A stretch of DNA of 64,000 bases from an uncultured Oligoflexia bacterium (GTDB lineage: Bacteria > Bdellovibrionota > UBA1018 > CAYHWW01). The position numbers were made by a program, and so were the translations under genes. Below the pieces are notes generated by a model that saw nothing but the letters and a program-made list of their open reading frames with translations, was not told the origin of the DNA and made no database searches. The DNA lies in NCBI GenBank assembly GCA_964475985.1, contig CAYYYP010000014.1, forward strand, positions 5,686-69,685, given 5' to 3'. Below are positions 31,162-39,290 of this stretch, piece by piece (position 1 is the stretch's first letter; each line of letters starts with the position of its first letter).

Positions 31162-32865
31162 ATGAACGACATTCGAGCCGGCTTTAGAAATTTTGGCAGG
31201 AATTTTTTCTACTCGTACCCTAAATTCATTCTCCTCACTTTGATTAGCGTGACCTATTTGCCATTTTTGAACTTGCGCGTTTTACGTATGGCCGGCGATG
31301 AGAAGGTTTATATTTCGCAAGCCATTGAAATGGCGAGGGCAGGCAACTGGTTTGTGCAAACGCTGGCGGGCGTACCAAATTATTTTAAGGGACCGCTTCA
31401 TTATATTTTCCTGCGTATCGGCATGATTCTTTTTGGCGAAAATCTTTTTGCGGCGACCTACATGAATTGGTTAGGTGCCATGGCCATTGGCCTTTCATTA
31501 TTTTTCATCGGAAAAAAATTCAATCAACGGGATGAACGTGCGTTACTCCTAGGACTTGCGGGTGCCCTTAACGTGGGGGTTCTCTCCCATGCCTTTGCGA
31601 GCCAAATGGAAGTCGAACTCTGTGCGTTCTACGCCATGGGCGCCGCGGCGTTATTGCACAACCCTTCTCGCCCCTACTTTTTTTGGGTGTTGGCGGGCCT
31701 TGCCGGATGGGTCAAAAGCCCATTGCACTCCGTTCTCTTAGCGTTAGGAGCACTTTCTTACCTTACGTTCACAAATCAAATTTGGGCGCTTTTGAAAACT
31801 AAACATTTTTGGTTCAGCGGCCTTTTGGGTGTTGCCGTGGGCGTAGCCGGTTACCTACCGGCCTTCTGCCTCGATCAGAAAAATTTTCTAGAATATTTTT
31901 TAGGTCGCGAAAACCTAGGCAAACCTAGTAACGGTCGCACGTGGATGTATCCCACCTATTCATTGCCGCACTTTGCCTGGCCTTGGACGTTAGCTTTACT
32001 GGTTAGCCTGGTAACTTGTATAAAGGGAATTTTTGAAAAACGCCGCGAGCTTAGAAATGCCTTTCTCTTCCCGCTTCTTTTTTCCCTACCCACTCTGCTT
32101 TTCTTTTGTACCTTTCCCTATAAAGGCCAAAATTACAATTTACCCACGATTCCCATTTTACTAATTTCAATATTTATCCTTCATCGCCCCTTTCCTCGGT
32201 TTTTCAAATTCTCTTTCTGGCCCATCGGATTTTTAACGCTGCTTTTTGCGTGCCTTCTTTCGATGATTTTATTTTATTTAGAAGCCTGGCCTGAGTGGTG
32301 GAGCGTCACCTGGTATTTAACGGCAATGGCGTCAGCGTTAGGTGCTGGAATTTTTTTCGTGCTCGCCAAAGATGAAATTCAAATTGCGTTAGGTTGTACA
32401 TTAACTGCGATTACATTCTTGTCCTGGTCAGCCCCCCTTGGGCTTTTTGAGCTGCGGGATATTAATGCATGGCTTACGCGGGACGAACAAACTGCCGTGC
32501 AAACTCAGCGCGAACCCCACATCCTTCATTATTATGATTTAGAACAAACCATTTGGAGCGAATGGGGCATCATGGAACTAGCGCTCCATAGGCCCATTTA
32601 TGGGCTGCATCGTAAGGAAGAAATCCCTGCCGTCTTTAAATCTGGCCATGCCCTTCTCGTCCCTGGGGAAGAGGCTATGCAGAATTTAAAGACCTTAGCC
32701 ATTGGAATGGGCCTGGAGCCGGTTTTTTCAAAGGCTCGAATCACCCCCTGGCGGCGTTGGCGGACCAAGGGCAAGGATGCAAGTGGAAAACCCCTTTGGT
32801 TTCAAGCCTGGCAACAGCGTAGCCTGAATGCCCTCTCAAAAAACTATTATATTCTTTCCTGGTAA
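31162..32865 (+). CDS. GT-C fold glycosyltransferase, ArnT/PMT-like (second tandem copy)
   Basis: ATG at 31162, 8 nt after the previous stop. MAGDEKVYISQAIEMARAGNW is the classic ArnT/PMT DE(x)Y motif. Polytopic. Confidence 0.6.
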   Translation: MNDIRAGFRNFGRNFFYSYPKFILLTLISVTYLPFLNLRVLRMAGDEKVYISQAIEMARAGNWFVQTLAGVPNYFKGPLHYIFLRIGMILFGENLFAATYMNWLGAMAIGLSLFFIGKKFNQRDERALLLGLAGALNVGVLSHAFASQMEVELCAFYAMGAAALLHNPSRPYFFWVLAGLAGWVKSPLHSVLLALGALSYLTFTNQIWALLKTKHFWFSGLLGVAVGVAGYLPAFCLDQKNFLEYFLGRENLGKPSNGRTWMYPTYSLPHFAWPWTLALLVSLVTCIKGIFEKRRELRNAFLFPLLFSLPTLLFFCTFPYKGQNYNLPTIPILLISIFILHRPFPRFFKFSFWPIGFLTLLFACLLSMILFYLEAWPEWWSVTWYLTAMASALGAGIFFVLAKDEIQIALGCTLTAITFLSWSAPLGLFELRDINAWLTRDEQTAVQTQREPHILHYYDLEQTIWSEWGIMELALHRPIYGLHRKEEIPAVFKSGHALLVPGEEAMQNLKTLAIGMGLEPVFSKARITPWRRWRTKGKDASGKPLWFQAWQQRSLNALSKNYYILSW

Positions 32866-32936
32866 CCACCTAAACAACTCAAGTTTAGGCACAAACTGCC
32901 GATCCTTATCTTGTAAGTAAAAAGGAGGACGGGGAA

Positions 32937-33254
32937 ATGGGTAAAGAACAAAAGCCTGCCTCGCCGGCAGAAACCAAGAAGCAAACAAAACCAGAATCAA
33001 CTCACGGCACTGACCAAAATCAGGGCCAAGGCCAAAGTCACGGTAGCAGCAGGGGTAATGCTGCGGTGACGAACGCCAAGATTGGTTGTGGCGCCCAAGG
33101 CTGCAAAGCTAAGGACGATCGTTTCGGGTTCTGCAGCGAGCATTTTAGGCAATTCAAATTTGGACTCATCAACAAAAGCGGCGAACCTGCATTTGATTAT
33201 GAGCGAAAATTTGATCACTACCAAAAATGGAAACAGGCGCAAAAGGTCGCCTAA
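32937..33254 (+). CDS. small Gly/Gln/His-rich protein with C-terminal Cys/His cluster (zinc-ribbon-like)
   Basis: Good RBS (aaggagga) upstream. C-terminus CGAQGCKAKDDRFGFCSEH, a Cx4C...CxxH pattern. Confidence 0.35.
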   Translation: MGKEQKPASPAETKKQTKPESTHGTDQNQGQGQSHGSSRGNAAVTNAKIGCGAQGCKAKDDRFGFCSEHFRQFKFGLINKSGEPAFDYERKFDHYQKWKQAQKVA

Positions 33255-33340
33255 ACTCTACAGCCGTTTAGGTACACCGAGAAAAGATGCGCAATGAGCG
33301 TCGAAACTCATTGGGCAACCGCGCTGTACCCACCCGCCAC

Positions 33341-33386
33341 AGAGGAAGTCGTGCAGGAACATTTATGTTCACGTACGGCTTCCTCT
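33341..33386. repeat. nested hairpin (stem-loop 1 of the structured intergenic region)
   Basis: gaggaagtcgt...acggcttcctc outer stem with an inner gaacat/atgttc palindrome. Confidence 0.4.
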
Positions 33387-33397
33387 TCAAAACTAAC

Positions 33398-33462
33398 GAA
33401 GCTTCCAAGATTGGCTATTCCAGGGGTATAGCTTAGCCAATCTCGGGGGCTTCTTTTGTTTC
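33398..33462 (+). terminator. rho-independent terminator-like hairpin plus T tract
   Basis: 10-bp stem agattggcta/tagccaatct extended by gaagc/gcttc, followed immediately by ttttgtttc. Confidence 0.4.
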
Positions 33463-33466
33463 AATC

Positions 33467-33603
33467 AAGCAACGAAGCTCGCTCATAAAAACTTTTCGCA
33501 AAAGGGGACGGCATCGTGCCTCCTTTCGCTGGGATCCCGCCATCGTGGCGGCTCGAGGCCCCTTTTGCGAAAAGTTTTTATGAGCGAGCTTCTTCGTTTG
33601 TTT
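33467..33603. repeat. long near-perfect inverted repeat (~34 bp perfect arms, ~46 bp with a 3-nt bulge) around a 52-nt spacer
   Basis: Left arm aagcaacgaagctcgctcataaaaacttttcgcaaaagggg and right arm ccccttttgcgaaaagtttttatgagcgagcttcttcgtttg are reverse complements. The spacer has the catcgtg-type motif twice. Confidence 0.6.
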
Positions 33604-33742
33604 GCAAAATGTAGGGTCTGGGGATTTTCTTGCGGGTCGAGCGGAGTGGGAACTTTGCAGACCTAGGCGGGCCTCGCAGAGAACTGTCGAACGCCCATTT
33701 GGATGTTGTTAGTTACGCATTGGTTGCGGCATAAATGCATAC

Positions 33743-34873
33743 ATGCAATGGTTTGCTACTTGCCCCCATGAAACGGTCGACGTGCTGGAGTCCGAACTCC
33801 ATGCGTTGGGCATTCAAATTCAGAGTAAGTTTTATCGCGGCATTCTTTTTGAGTGCGATCTGGAGAATGCATATCGCGCCCATCTGGTTTTGCGCACCGC
33901 GAGTCGCATCCAGAGAATCGTCGCTCGGTTTCAAGTTTCGAGCATCGGTTCATTTCAGGCTGAGCTGAAAAAAATAGCATGGCCAATGTGGCTCAGATCT
34001 CAACGTCCTTTCAAGGTCATGCCAGCTCTTACGGATGAGGACTCACAAAAATTAGGGGGTGAAGCCATTGTCGCGGCGGTGGTTGAATCCATTCAGCGGA
34101 GTGAATTCAAAACAGGTGCTCCTAAGTTCAATCCCGATGCCGAGGCCCCCATAACGATTGTTGCCTTTCTTCGCGACGGAATGTGCATTCTGGGTATTGA
34201 TACTGCCGGTCGCGCGTTGCACAAACGCGGGTGGCGCACGAACGGCCATCCCGCCGTTTTGAAAGAGACGCTTGCCGCATCAATGCTGATGCTTGCCGGT
34301 TACACCGGTAACGAGCCCCTCATGGATCCCATGTGTGGCTCCGGCACCATCGTGATTGAGGCGACATACATCGCACTTCAGAAGGCTCCTCTGATTCATA
34401 GGGGAAAAGATGATTTTGCCCTTGAACACCTGGCCGGCTTTGACCGGATGCTTTGGCGCAAGGTTTCCGATCAATTGCGTTCCCAGAAGAAATCAGAGTT
34501 ACCAACCCCGATCTTTGCTTCGGACATGGACGCAAAATATATCGATGTGGCTAGGGCTTCTGCGCTGCGCGCGCGCGTAGAAAAGTACATCGCTTTTTCT
34601 GTGGGGCGCTTTCAGGACATTGAGCCACCGGCAGAGAGCGGGTTGCTCATCATGAACCTGCCCTACGGGCAACGCATCGGGGGCGACACGGTCAAGTCCC
34701 TGTTTCGCGAAGTAGGCGATACCATCAAAAAACGTTTCCCAGCCTGGCGTGCAGCGTTGCTAGTTCCGCAGGAAGTGCCTGATCGATCTTTTGGGCTTAC
34801 GGTGACGAAGAAATTCCTACTTCGAAACGGAGCTCTTCCCGTGAAGCTGCTTATGATCGGCGGCAGGGATTAG
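33743..34873 (+). CDS. THUMP-domain class I SAM-dependent RNA methyltransferase (RlmL/UPF0020 family)
   Basis: N-terminal THUMP-like region. SAM motif LMDPMCGSGTIVIEA and catalytic NLPYGQR (NPPY-type) motif. Confidence 0.75.
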   Translation: MQWFATCPHETVDVLESELHALGIQIQSKFYRGILFECDLENAYRAHLVLRTASRIQRIVARFQVSSIGSFQAELKKIAWPMWLRSQRPFKVMPALTDEDSQKLGGEAIVAAVVESIQRSEFKTGAPKFNPDAEAPITIVAFLRDGMCILGIDTAGRALHKRGWRTNGHPAVLKETLAASMLMLAGYTGNEPLMDPMCGSGTIVIEATYIALQKAPLIHRGKDDFALEHLAGFDRMLWRKVSDQLRSQKKSELPTPIFASDMDAKYIDVARASALRARVEKYIAFSVGRFQDIEPPAESGLLIMNLPYGQRIGGDTVKSLFREVGDTIKKRFPAWRAALLVPQEVPDRSFGLTVTKKFLLRNGALPVKLLMIGGRD

Positions 34874-34899
34874 ACGGGGATTTACTTTTTGTTGAAATC

Positions 34900-36063
34900 T
34901 CATGGATAGAGCTCATTCAGCACATCCTTCCACGGCCAAATTTCCATGTTTTTGAGTGTACGTTTTTTCTTTTCGCGCGAAGCTACGATGAAACGTTTAA
35001 CCTTTAAATCCTGAGCAACCTTAATTGCACGCGTAAAATCTTTCTCATCGACGCGTTCCGTTGATTTGATCTCAATGGCCCAAAGTTCGCGGTTGGGACG
35101 CTCAATGAGCAAATCAATTTCGACGTCATCTTTGGTGCGAAGATAATAAAAACGATCGTCTTTTCTTAAGTAATCATTGAGTCGAATGCACTCCACGACA
35201 AAGAAATGCTCAAATGCCTTTCCGTAGGCATAGGTGCTCGGTACCAGCGGTGAATCCAGAGAACGCTCTATGGCTTTGCGGACGCCTAGATCAAAAAAAT
35301 AGAATTTTGATTTTGCGGTTTGAACTTTTCGCACGGACCGGTGATATGGCTCGAGGTAAAATCCCATCAGGGTATCCGACAGGATTTCAAAATATCGCAG
35401 TACTGCCGCAGGACTTGAAAGTGAATCCCTTGCTATCTTTGACGCGTTTATGATTTGCGTATTTTGTTGCGAGGCGATTTCAATGAACCGTGCAAATGGC
35501 TCCAGCTGCCGTAACACCTGTTCTTCCTTGATCTCCTGCTTCATATACGTGGCGACGTAGGATTTGAGATATTCTTTTTTTTCATCATTGCCCTTAAGTG
35601 AGAATACGCGTGGCAACGATCCCCAGTTCAGCGCAAAATCCAAATCAAAATCTTTGCCAAGCTCTCGGTGAGTGAGGGGGTGAAGTGAGTTCAAAAAAGC
35701 GCGTCCCGCCAAAAGATTCGCGCCTCCACGCTTAAGTTTCCTTGCGCTGGACCCAGTGAGGGCGAACGAGATGTTTCTCTCTTCAATGAGTTTATGAACG
35801 TAGTTCAAAAGTCCTGGTAGTCTTTGAATTTCATCGGCGACTACCCACGAACCCTTTTTAAATTCGCGGGGAATCATTTCAACGAAACGACCAGGGTGAG
35901 CTAAAAGCTCCTGATAGAGAACGTCATCCAACAAGTCCACCCAAAAAACATTCGATTTTGTGGGCGGGAAAAACTCTTTAAGCAACGAAGATTTACCAGT
36001 TCCACGTGCGCCAAACATAAAAAAACTGTTTGAAAACAATGGTTTTGCGATTCTAGAATACAT
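34900..36063 (-). CDS. AAA+ ATPase with DUF4143-type C-terminal domain (COG1373-like)
   Basis: Walker A GARGTGKSSLL and Walker B VVADEIQ. C-terminal ~150 aa resembles the DUF4143 region typical of this family. Confidence 0.7.
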   Translation of the reverse strand: MYSRIAKPLFSNSFFMFGARGTGKSSLLKEFFPPTKSNVFWVDLLDDVLYQELLAHPGRFVEMIPREFKKGSWVVADEIQRLPGLLNYVHKLIEERNISFALTGSSARKLKRGGANLLAGRAFLNSLHPLTHRELGKDFDLDFALNWGSLPRVFSLKGNDEKKEYLKSYVATYMKQEIKEEQVLRQLEPFARFIEIASQQNTQIINASKIARDSLSSPAAVLRYFEILSDTLMGFYLEPYHRSVRKVQTAKSKFYFFDLGVRKAIERSLDSPLVPSTYAYGKAFEHFFVVECIRLNDYLRKDDRFYYLRTKDDVEIDLLIERPNRELWAIEIKSTERVDEKDFTRAIKVAQDLKVKRFIVASREKKKRTLKNMEIWPWKDVLNELYP

Positions 36064-36170
36064 ATAGAGAATTTTAACGTATTTTTCTCTATATGTATAC
36101 CTAGTCTATATTAGGGGGGTTTTTCCGCCCCGGTTCACGACCAGGAATTGCTTTTATCTAAAGGAAAACA

Positions 36171-38117
36171 TCAACGCAATCCAGTAGCCAGCTGCGCTTC
36201 CAAAGATGCAGCTGGACAATCTATGGGTGCCGCCGGATCGTTTTCTAAAGTTTCAAGCATCGCAGAGACCAGCCGCATGTCGCTTTCCCTGTGGGGGTTG
36301 TGGGGATTGTCCAACGCCACGGCTGCATCTCGTTGCACCTCCGGGTCCTGGAGCAGAGCAACGTATGCGTCGTGCAATTCAGTATCGTGCATATGGAACG
36401 CGAATCTTTTGATGACCTGCCGCCTTATTGAAACATCCTTGTCATGAAGGCCGACAATCAATTTTTCGCGAAGCTTTGTCCAATCTACTGATCGCCTAAA
36501 ACCGAAAAACGCGGAGAAAGCGTAGGATCTTATTGAAACATCGGGATCCGTCGTGCGCCTTAAAAATGCGCTGATTTCGTGGGGCTCATCCCGGCATAGC
36601 GATAAAATAGCGATGGCTTTCCTTCGGATCTCGACATCTTCGTCGTCGAGAAGTCTCACCAGATCGGGCCTGACTTCATCCGAACGGATCAAACGCTGAC
36701 CTGACAAAGCCATGATCGCTGCCCTCCGCCGCATGGCTTTAGGACTGCGTAAATTCAAAATGATAAGATCGTTTATGGTCATGGTAGTCGGATCTTTATG
36801 AAGGGGATTTCCTTCCAATAAGGCCAGTCTCAAATCAGTCTCCGCCTGTTCAAATGATTCCAACCTGCTCAGGGTAGTAACCAAAGCCGTGGCAGGGTCC
36901 GTCAGTTGGTCACGAAATTCCCCGTGATCGGGTTCGGCTTCGATCTGACGCATATTACCGCGGATGAACAGCTCATCGTGGAAAACTACATTCGTACTTT
37001 GATCAAAAGGATTGATTCCTAGATCGGCCGCCTCAAATAAATGAGTATAATTCATAAAGTACATTTGTTGATAAACGGGCATCCCGTTCATGCTTACGTG
37101 ATAATGATAGCCCGGCATGTCGGTACGGAGCCGCGCATTACGATTGGCAATCAGGGGATGATTGAGATGTCCTTCTATTCCGGCCAACCTCGCCAGCGCA
37201 TTCAATTGCTTCAAATAAAGTATGGGATCGTCCGTAGGAATCACGTGGGTAAACTCCAGAACATTCCTATCGATGGTCCAGCCCAAAACCCGGTATAAAT
37301 CCTGTACCTCCGCAGGCAGGTCCTTTCGTATGTGCAGGTTTTTAGCGATGACAACAGGTTTAACTTTATGAGTTTCCGGCAAAACAAGGTTCACCCGCTG
37401 ATGGGGCGTGAGGCGCTCTAGCCTCATAGCGCTACGGCGAATCTCGGGGCTCAGTTCACGCCAACGGCGCAGAAGTCTAGACCAGTCGCTTTGGGCCCTG
37501 AAGTTCTCCGGAATCTCAGGCGATGGGGCGGAATTAACCGGCGACGGTCTCACGTTTTGCGTTGAGGTAGGCTGACTAAGAATAACTGGTCCACCCGTGA
37601 TGGTCGTTTCATCATTTTGTATCCTTCGCGCGCTTTGAATCCCCCGTCCTTGGATTACCGCGCTCTGACGGGATTCATTTGGCTCCCGCGGCACTCCCGC
37701 CCGCACGATCAAAGCTTCGCCCGGGTTAAAGCCAAGTGCCCTAGGAAGCGAGAGATTATAATTTAGTCCCTCCACGAGGTAAGCTCGCAAAGAACCGTCT
37801 GGGTCGATGAGGTGATCAAGATTAGCTGGATCCTCGAGATAGCTATCAACGATTTCCGTCGGCAATAAATCCATAACTTCCGGGTGCTCTTCCTGATACC
37901 GATGAAAATCAAACTGGTTGATAATAATTCGTAGGGGCCGATCGGAGAGTTCGAGTTCCATTCCTATGAGAACACGCCCCCGGAACTGCTCCAGGTACAC
38001 CAACTGCTCCGCAGTCTGACTAAAAGTCAGCGGGATGCAAAAGACAAACGCCGCCAGGAGAGAAAGTAAGGTTGTTCTTAAAATAGAAGAGGAGACCACG
38101 CTGTATTTTCGGGTCAT
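36171..38117 (-). CDS. secreted HEAT-repeat (PBS-lyase-like) protein
   Basis: Signal peptide. C-terminal half has repeated DxxVRxxA-type HEAT-like units (DEDVEIRRKAI, DPDVSIRSYAF, DKDVSIRRQVI, DPEVQRDAAVAL). Confidence 0.55.
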   Translation of the reverse strand: MTRKYSVVSSSILRTTLLSLLAAFVFCIPLTFSQTAEQLVYLEQFRGRVLIGMELELSDRPLRIIINQFDFHRYQEEHPEVMDLLPTEIVDSYLEDPANLDHLIDPDGSLRAYLVEGLNYNLSLPRALGFNPGEALIVRAGVPREPNESRQSAVIQGRGIQSARRIQNDETTITGGPVILSQPTSTQNVRPSPVNSAPSPEIPENFRAQSDWSRLLRRWRELSPEIRRSAMRLERLTPHQRVNLVLPETHKVKPVVIAKNLHIRKDLPAEVQDLYRVLGWTIDRNVLEFTHVIPTDDPILYLKQLNALARLAGIEGHLNHPLIANRNARLRTDMPGYHYHVSMNGMPVYQQMYFMNYTHLFEAADLGINPFDQSTNVVFHDELFIRGNMRQIEAEPDHGEFRDQLTDPATALVTTLSRLESFEQAETDLRLALLEGNPLHKDPTTMTINDLIILNLRSPKAMRRRAAIMALSGQRLIRSDEVRPDLVRLLDDEDVEIRRKAIAILSLCRDEPHEISAFLRRTTDPDVSIRSYAFSAFFGFRRSVDWTKLREKLIVGLHDKDVSIRRQVIKRFAFHMHDTELHDAYVALLQDPEVQRDAAVALDNPHNPHRESDMRLVSAMLETLENDPAAPIDCPAASLEAQLATGLR

Positions 38118-38315
38118 TCCCGGAAATTCATTAGCTCCGAGCTAGAGGAACGCGGCAAATTTTTCTTGGGGTTGCCTACTATTAAAGCCGAACTAAGCAA
38201 CAGCCTGAGGATGCCTACTCTTAAAGACGCGTAATAATATTATCTATATAATATAGAGATAACATCTAGCTAATCGTTTCAGCTAGAAAAGCCACAAAGA
38301 AGGAAGCTAAGTTCT

Positions 38316-38531
38316 ATGAAAAAGGAATATGATTTCTCAAAAATGAAGGAAGTAAAAAATCCTTACAGCGGCAAAAAAAAAGCAATCGGAATTAATTTGA
38401 GCCCTGAAGTCATCGACTACTTCAAAAAAATCGCCGATGAGAGCGGGATCCCTTATCAAAAGTTGATTGATCTTTACCTGCTTGACTGCGTTAAACGCCG
38501 CAAAAAGCTTTCACTTAAGTGGGCAGCTTAA
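38316..38531 (+). CDS. BrnA-like antitoxin / DUF4415-type RHH protein, orphan
   Basis: YDFSKMKEVKNPY...AIGINLSPEVIDYFKKIADESGIPYQKLIDLYLLDCV matches the BrnA pattern (I+LDxDVLxWFK...GYQTxINxxLRxY). RBS aaggaag. No BrnT-sized ORF in the 198-bp upstream gap. Confidence 0.5.
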   Translation: MKKEYDFSKMKEVKNPYSGKKKAIGINLSPEVIDYFKKIADESGIPYQKLIDLYLLDCVKRRKKLSLKWAA

Positions 38532-38547
38532 GATCTGTATCAAAGCC

Positions 38548-39273
38548 CTACCCCAACGCCGCCTTCTGAATCTCATGCAGCGCCTTAGCCGCAATGAGAG
38601 CACCATCCGTCAGACGGTTCATATCATCGCGCGTAAATACCGTGTTTTCGCCCGTACCCTGCACTTCCACAAAATGGCCGTCACCCGTGATCACGAAATT
38701 CATATCGACATCACACGATGAGTCTTCGCCATAATCCAAATCCACTAAAACGTGCTCACCTTTAAGGCCCACGCTTACTGCAGAAACGAGGCCTGTGATT
38801 GCGTTAGTCAAACCGTGTTTCTTGAGCGCCAGAGCTAACGCAACGTAACCGCCCGTGATACTTGCGGTGCGGGTTCCGCCGTCGGCGACGATGACATCAC
38901 AATCTACGATGATGCTACGTTCGGGAATTTTTTTCAGATCAACGATGGACCTTAATGACCGGCCAATGAGACGCTGGATTTCTAAAGTTCTTCCGCCTAA
39001 TTTATCTCGTTCGCGTTTGGTACGTTGATGCGTTGCCGTGGGTAACATTGCGTATTCCGCCGTTACCCAGCCTTTGCCTGAACCCTGCAACCACTGCGGC
39101 ACGCTGCGATCCATGATCGCCGTGCAAATGACCCTTGTTTTACCGAACTCAACCATCACGGAACCATCCGCATAGTCATTGACGCCACAGGTGATTTTTA
39201 CTGGCCTCAGCTCCAAAGACTTGCGGCCAAAAGCTCGTTTACCCGAAAATGCGGCATTTTTATCAACACTCAT
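38548..39273 (-). CDS. rph: ribonuclease PH
   Basis: LRPVKITCGVNDYADGSVMVEFGKTRVICTA and the remaining RNase PH pattern, 241 aa. Confidence 0.9.
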   Translation of the reverse strand: MSVDKNAAFSGKRAFGRKSLELRPVKITCGVNDYADGSVMVEFGKTRVICTAIMDRSVPQWLQGSGKGWVTAEYAMLPTATHQRTKRERDKLGGRTLEIQRLIGRSLRSIVDLKKIPERSIIVDCDVIVADGGTRTASITGGYVALALALKKHGLTNAITGLVSAVSVGLKGEHVLVDLDYGEDSSCDVDMNFVITGDGHFVEVQGTGENTVFTRDDMNRLTDGALIAAKALHEIQKAALG

Positions 39274-39290
39274 ATGCGATGATCCTCTTT

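Noticed and set aside
33467-33603. Long inverted repeat as a 6S RNA (ssrS).
   Set aside because: 6S RNA has imperfect stems with a large central bubble on both strands. Here the arms are near-perfect duplex with one terminal loop, which fits a DNA-level repeat or simple hairpin better.
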